The notes: generated by a model not told the origin, from the sequence alone. A DNA stretch of 64,000 nucleotides from Candidatus Aphodousia gallistercoris (GCA_018714185.1 DVNT01000015.1:6042-70041); one strand, 5' to 3'. Shown: positions 39,435 through 49,534, counted from the first letter of the stretch. Translations and numbers: made by a program.

Positions 39435-41252
39435 TTGTTTATCTTCCGCTGGCTCGTAAAATTCTTTTGCTTATTGGGCAAAATTCTTTCCTACCTTTCT
39501 AAGGCCTTTATTGCTGTAATTTCACTGGCCTTGATGGTTGGGATCGGTTATTTTTTCTTATCATCAGGACAAAATGCTCAAGTTCTGCCCCACAGCATCC
39601 TTGTCTTGGACTTGCAAGGTAACGTACATGAGTTAGCAACCGAACAGCCTTTCTCGCTTAATATGCTCGGAGCCTCTCCCGTACAGGATACGGCCCTGCA
39701 TGAAGTGGTCGCTGCACTAAAACAAGCAGAAAGCGATCCTTTAATCGATGCTGTTTTGCTTAAACTCGACAAATTGGACCGAGCGGGCATCGATAGCGTC
39801 AGAGAACTGGGCTTGGCCCTTAACCGCTTTAAGAAAACCGGCAAGCCCGTGTGGGCCTGGGCGACCAATTTTACCCAAGCCCAATACGCCATAGCCGCCC
39901 ATGCCAATGAAATCTACCTGCACCCGATGGGCTCAGTCGGCGTAAAAGGTTTAAGCTCCGATCGACTCTATTACGGTGATCTTCTGCAGTTCTTCGGCGT
40001 GAATATTCACGTCTTTAAAGCCGGTGCCTACAAAAGCTACCCGGAAAGCTTTACCCAAAATGCCCCCTCTAAAGAATGGCTTGAAGCTGAAAGCGCCTGG
40101 CTCTCAGATGCTTGGAAAAGCTTGCGTTTCGATATGGAACAATCCCGCGGTCTAATGCCTTCCAGTATTGATCGCTTTATTGCTCAATTGCCTGCCCTCG
40201 TGGCAAAAGCCGACGGGAACATGGGACAAACCGCACTTAATGCGAACCTGATCGACGGGACAAAAACCTTCGATGAAACGAAAAAGCTGTTGGAAGAAAA
40301 ACTCTCCAAAGGACAGAAAAACAAATATAACTACCTCTCCGTTTATGACTATCCGCTCTTGAATATACCGAACGGGACGGAACCGGTTGCCGTTCTGGTT
40401 GCCGAGGGAGAAATTCACGAGGGGCTCTCAGAACCCGGCATTATCGGATCGGAAACCTTAGTCGAAGAGATCAATTCGTTAAAGGAAAATCCGCACGTTA
40501 AAGCTGTGGTCTTGCGCGTAAATTCTCCCGGTGGATCAGCGGTCGCAAGCGAAATGATCCGAGATGCCTTAGAGCATCTCAAACAAGCCGGGAAACCCGT
40601 CGTTGTGAGCATGGGGGATATGGCTGCATCCGGCGGCTATTGGATCAGCATGGGAGGCTCGGAAATCATGGCCTCTCCGGTCACGATTACCGGCTCAATC
40701 GGTGTTTTCGGTTTGGCGCCAACCTTTGAAAAAACACTTCAGCTGGCAAAAATCGGGCGAGGAAGTGTCGCAACGACGTGGTTAGCGAGTGCAGAGAAAG
40801 CCACCGGCCCCATGGATCCCCGTTTGGAATCGATTCTGACGCAGTCGGTTGCCAGGACCTACAGAGATTTCACAAACCTGGTGAGCCAGTCTCGCCACTT
40901 GCCGCTACTCCAAGTGCAAAAAGTCGCCCAAGGTCGAGTGTGGACCGGTAATCAAGCTCAAAATATGAAACTCGTGGACCGTCTCGGTGAATTTGAGGAT
41001 GCCCTTTTGCGAGCTAAATCGCTCGCTAATTTGCCCGCCGATGCCGGCTACTATTTTGTCAATAGCCAAACCGAAAATTTGACTTCGATGCTCAAGAGCT
41101 CGCTTGGCCGTTGGAGCAATCCGCTTTCCCGAATTCAAGCGCCGGCGCTTCTGGAGCAAAGCTTAGACGCGCTTAATTCTCCCACCGTGCAAGGGCTGCT
41201 TTCGGGCGCTCCCGGCATCTATGCTCATAGTTTGATTTATCTACAACCTTGA
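39435..41252 (+). CDS. sppA: Signal peptide peptidase SppA (67K type)
   Basis: GAYKS, RVNSPGGS, AASGGYW, TGSIGV, QGRVWTG. Confidence 0.95.
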   Translation: MFIFRWLVKFFCLLGKILSYLSKAFIAVISLALMVGIGYFFLSSGQNAQVLPHSILVLDLQGNVHELATEQPFSLNMLGASPVQDTALHEVVAALKQAESDPLIDAVLLKLDKLDRAGIDSVRELGLALNRFKKTGKPVWAWATNFTQAQYAIAAHANEIYLHPMGSVGVKGLSSDRLYYGDLLQFFGVNIHVFKAGAYKSYPESFTQNAPSKEWLEAESAWLSDAWKSLRFDMEQSRGLMPSSIDRFIAQLPALVAKADGNMGQTALNANLIDGTKTFDETKKLLEEKLSKGQKNKYNYLSVYDYPLLNIPNGTEPVAVLVAEGEIHEGLSEPGIIGSETLVEEINSLKENPHVKAVVLRVNSPGGSAVASEMIRDALEHLKQAGKPVVVSMGDMAASGGYWISMGGSEIMASPVTITGSIGVFGLAPTFEKTLQLAKIGRGSVATTWLASAEKATGPMDPRLESILTQSVARTYRDFTNLVSQSRHLPLLQVQKVAQGRVWTGNQAQNMKLVDRLGEFEDALLRAKSLANLPADAGYYFVNSQTENLTSMLKSSLGRWSNPLSRIQAPALLEQSLDALNSPTVQGLLSGAPGIYAHSLIYLQP

Positions 41253-41346
41253 GTGCAACAAAAAAGAGTTGGACTAATCGGCCTTTGCCGATTAATTCAA
41301 CTCCTTTGAGTCGAGACGATCAGACTGTCTGAGGCAGGAAAGCCAA

Positions 41347-41769
41347 TCAGTCGCCGTACATTTTTTGCCGGATTTCTCGACGCATTTGGGCTTCCAACGA
41401 CAGGGTAGCCGTCGGCCGAGCCAGCAAGCGAGCGATCCCGATAGGCTCGCCGGTTTCTTCACACCAGCCGTATTCGCCATTATCAATGCGCTTAATCGCT
41501 GCCTGAACTTTCTTCAACAATTTACGTTCGCGGTCACGCGTACGCAATTCCAAAGCATGCTCTTCTTCGATAGTGGCCCGGTCCGCGGGATCCGGAACAA
41601 CCGAGGTCTCACGCAGATGTTCTGTGGTCTGCCCGGCATTGCTGCGCAATTCATTTTCCATTTCCTGCAAACGATGACGGAAAAACGCCAACTGGCGATC
41701 ATTCATGTAATCGTCCTCGGGCATCGCAAGCAATTCTTGTTCTGTCAACAACTTTTTTTTCGTAGCCAT
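41347..41769 (-). CDS. dksA: RNA polymerase-binding factor DksA (single-Cys type)
   Basis: DPADRA, RDRERKL, YGWCEETG..RLLARPTATLSLEA. Confidence 0.95.
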   Translation of the reverse strand: MATKKKLLTEQELLAMPEDDYMNDRQLAFFRHRLQEMENELRSNAGQTTEHLRETSVVPDPADRATIEEEHALELRTRDRERKLLKKVQAAIKRIDNGEYGWCEETGEPIGIARLLARPTATLSLEAQMRREIRQKMYGD

Positions 41770-41974
41770 AAAACTTAAATCCAACAGTTTCAAAAAGTCG
41801 AAACCGTTCAGGTTACAACAAAAACATTCGTAAACGAACGCTCATAGAGGGTGGCGGCACAGCACCCTCTAAATATGGGAACACTTTATACAGGAAAAAA
41901 TTTATAAGTGCCTACTTTTTTTGAAACAAATCAACAAAATTCCCTATATTTCCCGAAACAAACCCGCTTTAATG

Positions 41975-42979
41975 CTACGGCGCATCGACCAAGCACGTCT
42001 CCAACCCGGTAATAATCGCTTTTTCAGGAAGTTTTCTTCCGATAAAGACAATTTTCGACATCGGTCGCTCGCCCTCGCCCCACTTCGGTCCCAAGTCGGC
42101 AGCCACAAGCATATGCACGCCCTGAGTAATCATCTTATGATCGGTTCCCTGCAAATACAGCACTCCCTTGTAGCGAAGCAAGTCAGGCCCGTAGACTTGG
42201 GTAATCGTTCCCCAAAAACGTTCCAACCGAAACGGATCAAACGGCGTATACGAAGTAAAGACAAACGAACCGATTTCATCGCCGTGGTGGTGATGATGGC
42301 CGACATCCGTAAGAAATTCCGGATCAATATCAAGCACTGTATTGAGATTAAATCCTTCAATATCGAGGACCTCCTCAATCGGCACTTCCCCCATGTGAAC
42401 GTTTTTAATCGGGGCGCGCGGATTCATTTGGCGCAGCCGTGCTCGGATATCCTTGACTTCTTGCTCTGTCACAAGATCTGTCTTGGTAAGGAAAATTCGG
42501 TCTGCAAAACCCACTTGCGCTTGCGCCTCCGGCTCCTTATCCAACGTATCATTGCCGTGCTTGGCATCGACCACGGTAATCACACCGTCGAGCCGATAAA
42601 AGGCTGCCACGGCATCATCCATAAAGAATGTTTGCGCAACCGGTCCCGGATTAGCCACTCCGGTCGTTTCGATAATGACCCGGTTAAAGCGGATTTCTCC
42701 TTTCTCACGCCGATGACGCAACGATGTAAGCACTCTGGAGAGGTCGCCGCGGATAGTGCAGCATATGCAGCCGTTACTCATTTGAACGATCTGCTCCTTG
42801 TCTGTTTGCACAAGCAACGTGCTGTCGACATCTTCTTCGCCGAATTCGTTTTCCACCACGGCGATTTGATGGCCGTGATCTTCTCGAAGAATCCTGTTTA
42901 ACAGCGTTGTTTTTCCCGCCCCCAGAAAACCTGTCAAAATCGTCACAGGAATTTGAGGGACCATATCCATGACATCCAT
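41975..42979 (-). CDS. COG0523 (CobW/YjiA) G3E metallochaperone GTPase
   Basis: GFLGAGKTT, ENEFG, GCICC, ETTG, His run HHHHH. Confidence 0.92.
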   Translation of the reverse strand: MDVMDMVPQIPVTILTGFLGAGKTTLLNRILREDHGHQIAVVENEFGEEDVDSTLLVQTDKEQIVQMSNGCICCTIRGDLSRVLTSLRHRREKGEIRFNRVIIETTGVANPGPVAQTFFMDDAVAAFYRLDGVITVVDAKHGNDTLDKEPEAQAQVGFADRIFLTKTDLVTEQEVKDIRARLRQMNPRAPIKNVHMGEVPIEEVLDIEGFNLNTVLDIDPEFLTDVGHHHHHGDEIGSFVFTSYTPFDPFRLERFWGTITQVYGPDLLRYKGVLYLQGTDHKMITQGVHMLVAADLGPKWGEGERPMSKIVFIGRKLPEKAIITGLETCLVDAP

Positions 42980-43045
42980 TTCCAAACCCCTTTCTATTTA
43001 TTTCGTAAAATGGCAAACCTTACGCTTACCGGTCAAAAGACCGAT

Positions 43046-44251
43046 TTAACGAAGGGCTAATTGTAGTCCTTTTAAATATTCCCCTTCCGGGCACGTCATC
43101 ATCAAAGGATGGTCAGCTCCGGCTCCGAGACGCGCAATCATCCAAGCCTCTCGTCTGGAATCAATGACCGCACCGGCCACGACTTTTTGGAACAAGTCGA
43201 CGTCCATCGCCCCCGAGCAGGAAAAGGTCAGCAAGTCACCCCCCTCTTTCACCAAGCGTAACCCATTGAGATTGATATCCTTGTACGCGCGCGCGGCTCG
43301 ATCGATGTGCTTGTGGCTGGATGCAAATTTTGGCGGGTCCAAAATGACCAAGTCAAAGCTTTCGCCGGCATCCCGAGCCTGTCGCAAATACTCAAAGACA
43401 TCGGCCTGAACCCAACGGGATCTTTCCGGCGCAAAGCCGTTGCGCTGAGCGTTGCGCTGGGCCATGGCAAGCGCCTCGGCCGAAGAGTCCACTGAAATTA
43501 CTTCCTCGGCGCCGCCCGCTAGTAAGGCCAACGAAAAACCGCCCGTATAGCAAAAACAATTGAGCGCTCGCATCCCCCGCCCATGACGCTGCTTAAATGC
43601 GGCCGCCAACTTTTGGGCTAAAAGCCGATTGTCCCTTTGGTCAATATAAAAACCCGTCTTATGTCCTTTGCGAACGTCGATACCGTAGCGGATGCCGTCT
43701 TCCTGAATTTCAATTTCTGCCGGCGGCTCTTGCCCGCGCAAAACTTCGACTCTTTCCTGCAAACCTTCCCGATGCCGGGTTGCCGCGTCGGAACGGTCAA
43801 AGATCCCCTTAACGCCGGTTTCTTGCATTAAGATGTCGGCAATTTCTTCGCGCCAAGCTTCAACACCGGCCGCCTGAAATTGCGTGACAAGCCAATCGCC
43901 GTAGCGGTCAACCACAAGACCGGGCAACTGATCGGCTTCGCCGAAAATAACCCGAATCGCCTCTGTGCGGGTGCGCAACGGTTCCCGGGCTCTCAGCGCT
44001 TTACAAATCTTGGACTCAAACCAAGAACGGTCGATGCGTTCCGTCTCATCGAAAGACCAGCAACGAGCCCGCAAGGCGGAATCCTTGGAGTAGGCCGCCC
44101 AAGCTAAAAAGCGCCCTTCCTTGGAAAGCACCCTCACCGTTTCTCCTAACGAAGGGGTTCCTGTTAGCTTTTGAACCGCCGTATCATAAATCCACGGATG
44201 GCGGCGCAGTAATGAGCGCTCCTTGCCCTTTTTCAAAATTAAATCAACCAC
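43046..44251 (-). CDS. rlmI: 23S rRNA m5C1962 methyltransferase
   Basis: RRHPWIY, GHKTGFYIDQR, FCYTGGFS, LDPPKF, FSCS. Confidence 0.92.
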   Translation of the reverse strand: MVDLILKKGKERSLLRRHPWIYDTAVQKLTGTPSLGETVRVLSKEGRFLAWAAYSKDSALRARCWSFDETERIDRSWFESKICKALRAREPLRTRTEAIRVIFGEADQLPGLVVDRYGDWLVTQFQAAGVEAWREEIADILMQETGVKGIFDRSDAATRHREGLQERVEVLRGQEPPAEIEIQEDGIRYGIDVRKGHKTGFYIDQRDNRLLAQKLAAAFKQRHGRGMRALNCFCYTGGFSLALLAGGAEEVISVDSSAEALAMAQRNAQRNGFAPERSRWVQADVFEYLRQARDAGESFDLVILDPPKFASSHKHIDRAARAYKDINLNGLRLVKEGGDLLTFSCSGAMDVDLFQKVVAGAVIDSRREAWMIARLGAGADHPLMMTCPEGEYLKGLQLALR

Positions 44252-44269
44252 TTGATTTCCTCATTTCAT

Positions 44270-44498
44270 AGATTTTTCGGTGCGGTAACTTCCGTTTTAA
44301 AACGATGAAAGAAGCGCCATCCCTTCTTTAAACTAGGTGGCGGATCCCCTCGGGTTCCCTCCTCGGCCTACAACCGGTACCTCTCTTTTGCCCGCGGTGC
44401 CTACGCACTCCCGATCAACGGTGTTTCCGTGTTGCGGAAACCCGGGCCAATCAACTCAGGCTTTTTCAAACCCTTGCCTTCAGACAGGAGGGGTTGAC
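44270..44498 (-). mobile_element. Second omega-RNA element copy with internal deletion
   Basis: Minus strand reads GTCAACCCCTCCTGTCTGAAGGCAAGGGTTTGAAAAAGCCTGAGTTGA...TTTAAAGAAGGGATGGCGCTTC...AAATCT then ATGAA; collinear with 6198-6519. Confidence 0.8.
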
Positions 44499-44526
44499 GT
44501 TTTTCGTTAGAGCGCCTTCTTTCGGC

Positions 44527-45420
44527 CTAATAAAGAGATTTTTCTCCTTGCGGCCGTGTTTTAAAACGGCGGTGCGTCCACATATACTGATCGGGGAACT
44601 TTTCAATCCATTTTTCCAATTCCTTCGTCACTCGAAGGGTATCAGCTTCATAATCCTTGGTGGGGAAATTTTCCCAAAAATCCGATACATGAACTTGGTA
44701 ACCCGTTTCCGTCATTTCAGGGATACACATTAAAACTTTTGCCTTTGTCACGCGCGCCAAGCGGGAGGCCATGGGTAGCGTTGCCGCCGGCACACCGAAA
44801 AACGGAACAAAAATGGAATTTTTAATTCCATGATCCATGTCAGGCAAGTAGTAAAACGGAAAACCTTGATGCATAGCTCGGATAACAGCCTTTAAGTCAT
44901 CATGGCCGCTTTTAGCAATCAAGATCGGATCGCTAAAACGCTTTCTTCCATCAAAAGCAGCTTTATCCCAAACCGGATTGGCTTGCCGCTGGTACAAGGA
45001 GACGCCGCGAACATATAAATTCAACGCAATGCCGGCGGCATCCAAACCGGCAAAATGCGGAGCAATCACTATCAAAGGACGGTTTTTTTCATCGGCAATG
45101 CGTTCCGTAGCCCCCGGATCAAACTGAACAAAGCGACGAACTTCTTCAGCCGAGCCCTTCCACAAGACACTGTGATCAAGCGCGGCCCTGGCTAAACGAA
45201 AATAACAACGCTTTGCCGTTTGCAGCCGCTTTTGTTCACTCCAACCGGGAAAGCACAACTGCAAATTGCGCAAGGCAATCTTTCGACGCTTGGGAACAAC
45301 CCACCAAAATACCCATGCAACAAATTTTGCCAAGCGATTCCTGGAAGCAGGAGACCAGGATGCCATGGCATCGACCAAATAAAGCCACAGATAAGTACAC
45401 CAATTTAAAATCGTTTTCAT
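44527..45420 (-). CDS. Lipid A biosynthesis acyltransferase (LpxL/HtrB family)
   Basis: HFAGLD, YLPDMD, FFGVPA, QYMWTHRRFKT. Confidence 0.92.
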   Translation of the reverse strand: MKTILNWCTYLWLYLVDAMASWSPASRNRLAKFVAWVFWWVVPKRRKIALRNLQLCFPGWSEQKRLQTAKRCYFRLARAALDHSVLWKGSAEEVRRFVQFDPGATERIADEKNRPLIVIAPHFAGLDAAGIALNLYVRGVSLYQRQANPVWDKAAFDGRKRFSDPILIAKSGHDDLKAVIRAMHQGFPFYYLPDMDHGIKNSIFVPFFGVPAATLPMASRLARVTKAKVLMCIPEMTETGYQVHVSDFWENFPTKDYEADTLRVTKELEKWIEKFPDQYMWTHRRFKTRPQGEKSLY

Positions 45421-45530
45421 AAAACCTCGGCGCGAACGTCCCTCTGCTTACGGACGGACGAAGGCGCTGCCCTTTTTTGCCATTGTTTTCGCTTTTGAAA
45501 AAGCTCCCCGCTTCAGGAAGCTTTTTAATT
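45421..45530 (-). mobile_element. Degenerate remnant of the same element family
   Basis: Minus strand TTAAAAAGCTTCCTGAAGCGGGGAGC..AACAATGGCAAAAAAGGGCAGCGCC..TTCGCGCCGAGGTTTT then ATGAA. Confidence 0.5.
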
Positions 45531-45605
45531 TCCCTTTGATAAAAGACTCCATCTTGCCATGCTCACGGGAACTTCGTCGTCGATCCTAACGGTAAGAAGG
45601 TCTTT

Positions 45606-46466
45606 TTATTGCTCGGGCCTTTGCACTCCGCTCGGGCACTTATAGCGATTGTATGACCATAAGTACTGTTGGGGATTTTCCAGTACCGTCTGTTCTATCA
45701 AGCGGTTCATCGCTGCGGCATCCTCATGGGCGTTTCCCGTCAGCTCATAATCCCATTTTTTGCAATGGATACACCAACCGGACTCGTCCCTGAGTGCCTT
45801 GGCCATGATAACCACGGCCTTGAATTGGCTTGCCAGTCTCAAGGGGAAAGTCATCGTGTAGGCTTGCTCACCAAAAAGCGGTACCCACACACCCTCACCG
45901 TGCGAGGGAACTTGATCCGGTAAAATGCCAACGATACCGCCCGTACGCAATATCTTGATGATCTGCCGTACGCCTTTTAAATCGGCCGAAGCCGGGACCA
46001 CATTTTCCGAAACCCTTCCCAATCCGACGACGGAGCGTAAATAGGATTTACGGGGGACTCGATACAAAACGGCAAACTGCCTCGCACTTTCTTTGAGCCA
46101 GTGCTCGGCAACCCACATCGGAGCCACCTCATAACAGCCGATGTGCGGCGTTAAAAAAATGATGCTGCGACCGCTTTTTACAGCCTCATCAATTAATTCA
46201 ACCGTTTTGGCCTCCCCGCGCGTCAGCTTGAGCACAGCTTGTCGCCCTCGCCCCCAGACCCACGGAGCCTCCACGGCCTGGATTGCCTGCTGCCCGGCAA
46301 CCTCCAAGCCCATCTCCTCGCTGTAGATGCCTGCACGCTCAAGATTTTCCTTGATGCGCTGACGGTACTTAGGTGCGCAACGGTACAACATCCGCCCCAA
46401 AAAGGTGGACAAAGCTCGAAGCACCGACAGAGGAATTCTCGATATTAAATAGATTAAAACTTTCAT
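45606..46466 (-). CDS. Lipid A / lysophospholipid acyltransferase (LpxL family)
   Basis: TPHIGCYE, LPDQVP, QYLWSYNRYK. Confidence 0.92.
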   Translation of the reverse strand: MKVLIYLISRIPLSVLRALSTFLGRMLYRCAPKYRQRIKENLERAGIYSEEMGLEVAGQQAIQAVEAPWVWGRGRQAVLKLTRGEAKTVELIDEAVKSGRSIIFLTPHIGCYEVAPMWVAEHWLKESARQFAVLYRVPRKSYLRSVVGLGRVSENVVPASADLKGVRQIIKILRTGGIVGILPDQVPSHGEGVWVPLFGEQAYTMTFPLRLASQFKAVVIMAKALRDESGWCIHCKKWDYELTGNAHEDAAAMNRLIEQTVLENPQQYLWSYNRYKCPSGVQRPEQ

Positions 46467-46630
46467 ATCTCGGCATTTTGCCAAAGTTTTTTCCTACTGG
46501 AAGCATTTTGTGCCGTTACGCAACGAATTCCGTACCGATTTGTGAAGAATCCGACGTGTCGACAAAACTTTTTTACAACTCTGATTCCCGGCGGTGCGCA
46601 AGAGTGCAAAAAAGGGAGTAAGATGCCCGT

Positions 46631-46686
46631 TCACGCCGAGTTAATAGGACAACTTGCGGGGCGTTATAAGTACCGCTAAAGCGTCA
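46631..46686 (+). promoter_or_regulatory. SAM-II (long-loop type) riboswitch upstream of metK
   Basis: CGCCGAGTTAA..CTTGC.GGGCG..TATAAG..GCTAAAG pattern of SAM-II aptamers, in the metK leader. Confidence 0.72.
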
Positions 46687-46753
46687 GCCGCATTCCGGAT
46701 CATTTCGCGGTGGACGCTCGTTCCACTTGATCACTACAAAGGAATGTAGCACC

Positions 46754-47929
46754 ATGACCGATTCTTATCTTTTTACCTCAGAGTCCGTCTCTGAAGGGCA
46801 TCCCGACAAGGTTGCCGATCAAATCTCCGATGCTATTCTCGATGCCATTTTGGCACAGGATCCCTACAGCCGAGTTGCGGCAGAAACGCTTTGCAACACC
46901 GGCTTGGTTGTATTGGCCGGAGAAATTACGACCCAGGCCAACGTTGACTATATCGACGTGGCCCGTGAAACGCTCAAACGCATCGGCTATGACAACTCCG
47001 AATACGGCATTGATCACAAAGGCTGCTCTGTCTTAGTCGGCTACGATAAGCAATCAAACGACATCGCCCAAGGCGTGGATCGTGCCAGCGACGACTACTT
47101 AGAGCAAGGCGCCGGCGACCAAGGTTTAATGTTCGGCTACGCTTGCGACGAAACGCCGACGCTCATGCCGGCGGCTATTTATTATGCCCACCGGTTGATG
47201 CAACAACAGTCTATCGTTCGCCGTAACGGCACGTTAGACTTTTTGCGCCCGGATGCCAAAAGTCAAGTCACGCTTCGCTATGAAAACGGCCGCCCTGTGG
47301 GAATCGATACCGTCGTGCTTTCAACTCAGCACCATCCTCGCATGAGTGACGGCAACCGCATGAAGCCCGAATTTACCGAAGCCGTTATTGAACACATCAT
47401 CAAGCCGGTCTTGCCGCCCGAATGGCTCAAGAACACCAAGTACCTGATCAACCCGACCGGACGTTTCGTTGTGGGCGGTCCTCAGGGCGACTGCGGCTTA
47501 ACGGGACGCAAAATCATTGTCGATACTTACGGCGGCGCCTGCCCCCACGGCGGCGGAGCCTTCTCCGGCAAGGATCCTTCCAAGGTCGACCGATCGGCAG
47601 CCTACGCTTGCCGTTACGTTGCGAAAAACATCGTGGCTTCCGGTTTGGCCACTCGGTGCCAAGTGCAAGTCTCCTACGCTATTGGCGTAGCCCGCCCGAT
47701 TAACGTCACTATCCGCACCTTCGGTACGGGAAAAATTGCAGACGAAAAAATCGCCGCGATTGTCCAAAAGCATTTTGATCTTCGCCCCCGCGGCATCATT
47801 CAAATGCTCGACTTGCTCCGCCCGATCTATTCCAAGACTGCTGCCTACGGTCACTTCGGCCGCGAGGAGCCCGAATTTACTTGGGAAAAGACCGACAAGG
47901 CCGAGATTTTAAGAAGTGAAGCCTGCTAA
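46754..47929 (+). CDS. metK: S-adenosylmethionine synthetase
   Basis: [35 protein letters not shown]. Confidence 0.98.
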   Translation: MTDSYLFTSESVSEGHPDKVADQISDAILDAILAQDPYSRVAAETLCNTGLVVLAGEITTQANVDYIDVARETLKRIGYDNSEYGIDHKGCSVLVGYDKQSNDIAQGVDRASDDYLEQGAGDQGLMFGYACDETPTLMPAAIYYAHRLMQQQSIVRRNGTLDFLRPDAKSQVTLRYENGRPVGIDTVVLSTQHHPRMSDGNRMKPEFTEAVIEHIIKPVLPPEWLKNTKYLINPTGRFVVGGPQGDCGLTGRKIIVDTYGGACPHGGGAFSGKDPSKVDRSAAYACRYVAKNIVASGLATRCQVQVSYAIGVARPINVTIRTFGTGKIADEKIAAIVQKHFDLRPRGIIQMLDLLRPIYSKTAAYGHFGREEPEFTWEKTDKAEILRSEAC

Positions 47930-47950
47930 GCAGCCACTTTCCTAAATTCC

Positions 47951-47983
47951 AGGCGTCGAAAGCTTCTTTCGGCGCCTTTTTTT
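47951..47983 (+). terminator. Terminator after metK
   Basis: AGGCGTCGAAAG..CTTTCGGCGCCT plus T run. Confidence 0.8.
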
Positions 47984-48064
47984 CTTTTTTGAATTTTGAC
48001 CTTTTCAAACACTGCTCATACAATGTTTCTTCCCGTTTATTAGTTGATTTTTGTTGGATTTTCT

Positions 48065-49426
48065 ATGACGACTCGTGTTTTAACCGGTATCAACACCACT
48101 GGAACTCTTCACATCGGCAACTACGTCGGTGCCATTCGCCCGGCCATTCAAGCAAGCCATCAACCCGATGTGCAAAGTTTTTTCTTCATGGCCGACTTGC
48201 ATGCGCTGATCAAGTGCCAAAATCCTGATCGCATTGAGCGCTCTCGCTTGCAAATTGCCGCCACTTGGTTGGCCGCCGGTTTGGATCCCGACCGAGTCAT
48301 TTTTTACCGCCAAAGCGATATTCCGGAAATCCCGCTTTTGAGCTGGATGCTCACTTGCGTGACTGCCAAAGGACAGATGAATCGGGCCCATGCTTACAAA
48401 GCCGCCTTAGAGGCCAATGTCGAAAACGCCGAGGATCCCGATGCCGGCATCTCCATGGGGCTTTACAGCTACCCCATTCTGATGGCAGCAGACATTCTGA
48501 TGTTTAACGCCCATAAAGTCCCCGTCGGCAAGGATCAAATTCAACACTTGGAAATGGCTCGGGACGTGGCCACCCGCTTCAATTATCTTTATGCGAGCGA
48601 GGAGCATCCTTTCTTCGTCATGCCCGAAGCCGTTGTTGACACGACTCACGAAGTTCTGCCCGGCTTAGACGGTCGAAAAATGAGCAAAAGCTACAACAAC
48701 GTCATTCCCTTGTTTGAAGGCGGAGCAAAAGCAATCAAAGAAGCGATTGCCATGATTAAGACGGATAGCCGCCTGCCCGGCGAACCCAAGGATCCGGATT
48801 CGACCTCTTTGACGGCCCTCTATGAAGCCTTTGCCACACCGCAAGAAGCCCTTGAATTCCGCCAAAAGCTTCAAAACGGCTTGGGCTGGGGTGAGGCCAA
48901 AGAAGAGCTCTTTGAGCACATCGAAAGGGAAATCGGTCCTATGAGAGCCCGGTATGAGGAACTTATGGCCAATCCGGGCAAGATCGAAGAGATTTTGCAA
49001 GAGGGAGCCCGCAAAGCACGTGCCATTGCGGTTCCCTTTATGGCTCGCGTTCGCGAAGCCGTCGGCCTGAGAAACTTCAACGAATTCGGCCGGCATCAAC
49101 AAAAATGCGAAGAAAAGAAAAAATCGTGCCTTCCGCTGTTTAAGCAGTATCGAGAAAAGGACGGACAATTTTATTTCAAATTAACCACCAGTTCTGGACG
49201 CCTTCTCTTGCAAAGCGCGGCTTTTACGAGCGGCCGGGAAGCCGGCATGGCTGTCAATGAGTTAAAAAACCACGGACTGGCAACAGATCCGGCGATCATT
49301 ACCGTTGTGGATTGTGCTCAAAAACTGACCGGCAAGAGCGCTTGCATCGCAGAAGGAGCATGCCGAGATGAGGTTCAAGAAGCCTTGGAAAGCTTGCGCC
49401 AAGCCCAACTGGAAAAACAGAAATAA
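48065..49426 (+). CDS. trpS: Tryptophanyl-tRNA synthetase with C-terminal extension
   Basis: HIGN, YPILMAADIL, VPVGKDQ, KMSKS. Confidence 0.95.
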   Translation: MTTRVLTGINTTGTLHIGNYVGAIRPAIQASHQPDVQSFFFMADLHALIKCQNPDRIERSRLQIAATWLAAGLDPDRVIFYRQSDIPEIPLLSWMLTCVTAKGQMNRAHAYKAALEANVENAEDPDAGISMGLYSYPILMAADILMFNAHKVPVGKDQIQHLEMARDVATRFNYLYASEEHPFFVMPEAVVDTTHEVLPGLDGRKMSKSYNNVIPLFEGGAKAIKEAIAMIKTDSRLPGEPKDPDSTSLTALYEAFATPQEALEFRQKLQNGLGWGEAKEELFEHIEREIGPMRARYEELMANPGKIEEILQEGARKARAIAVPFMARVREAVGLRNFNEFGRHQQKCEEKKKSCLPLFKQYREKDGQFYFKLTTSSGRLLLQSAAFTSGREAGMAVNELKNHGLATDPAIITVVDCAQKLTGKSACIAEGACRDEVQEALESLRQAQLEKQK

Positions 49427-49464
49427 CCATTTTTCTTCGGCGCAACCAACGGTTGCGCCGGCTG

Positions 49465-49534
49465 TTCTCAAGGAGCGTTGCGAGGCCATCCGTATTGGCT
49501 CCCAGGCTTGAGATCAAATAACAACGGCGCTCGA
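49465..49534 (+). promoter_or_regulatory. SAH riboswitch upstream of ahcY
   Basis: TCTCAAGGAGCGTTGCGA..CCAGGCTTGAGA..CAACGGCGCTC; consensus blocks with pseudoknot GAGCG/CGCTC. Confidence 0.9.

Noticed and set aside
41921-42901. 326-aa ORF antisense to the COG0523 gene, and similar shadow ORFs opposite prs, rplY, ctpA and ahcY
   Set aside because: No motifs; typical antisense shadows of codon-biased genes.
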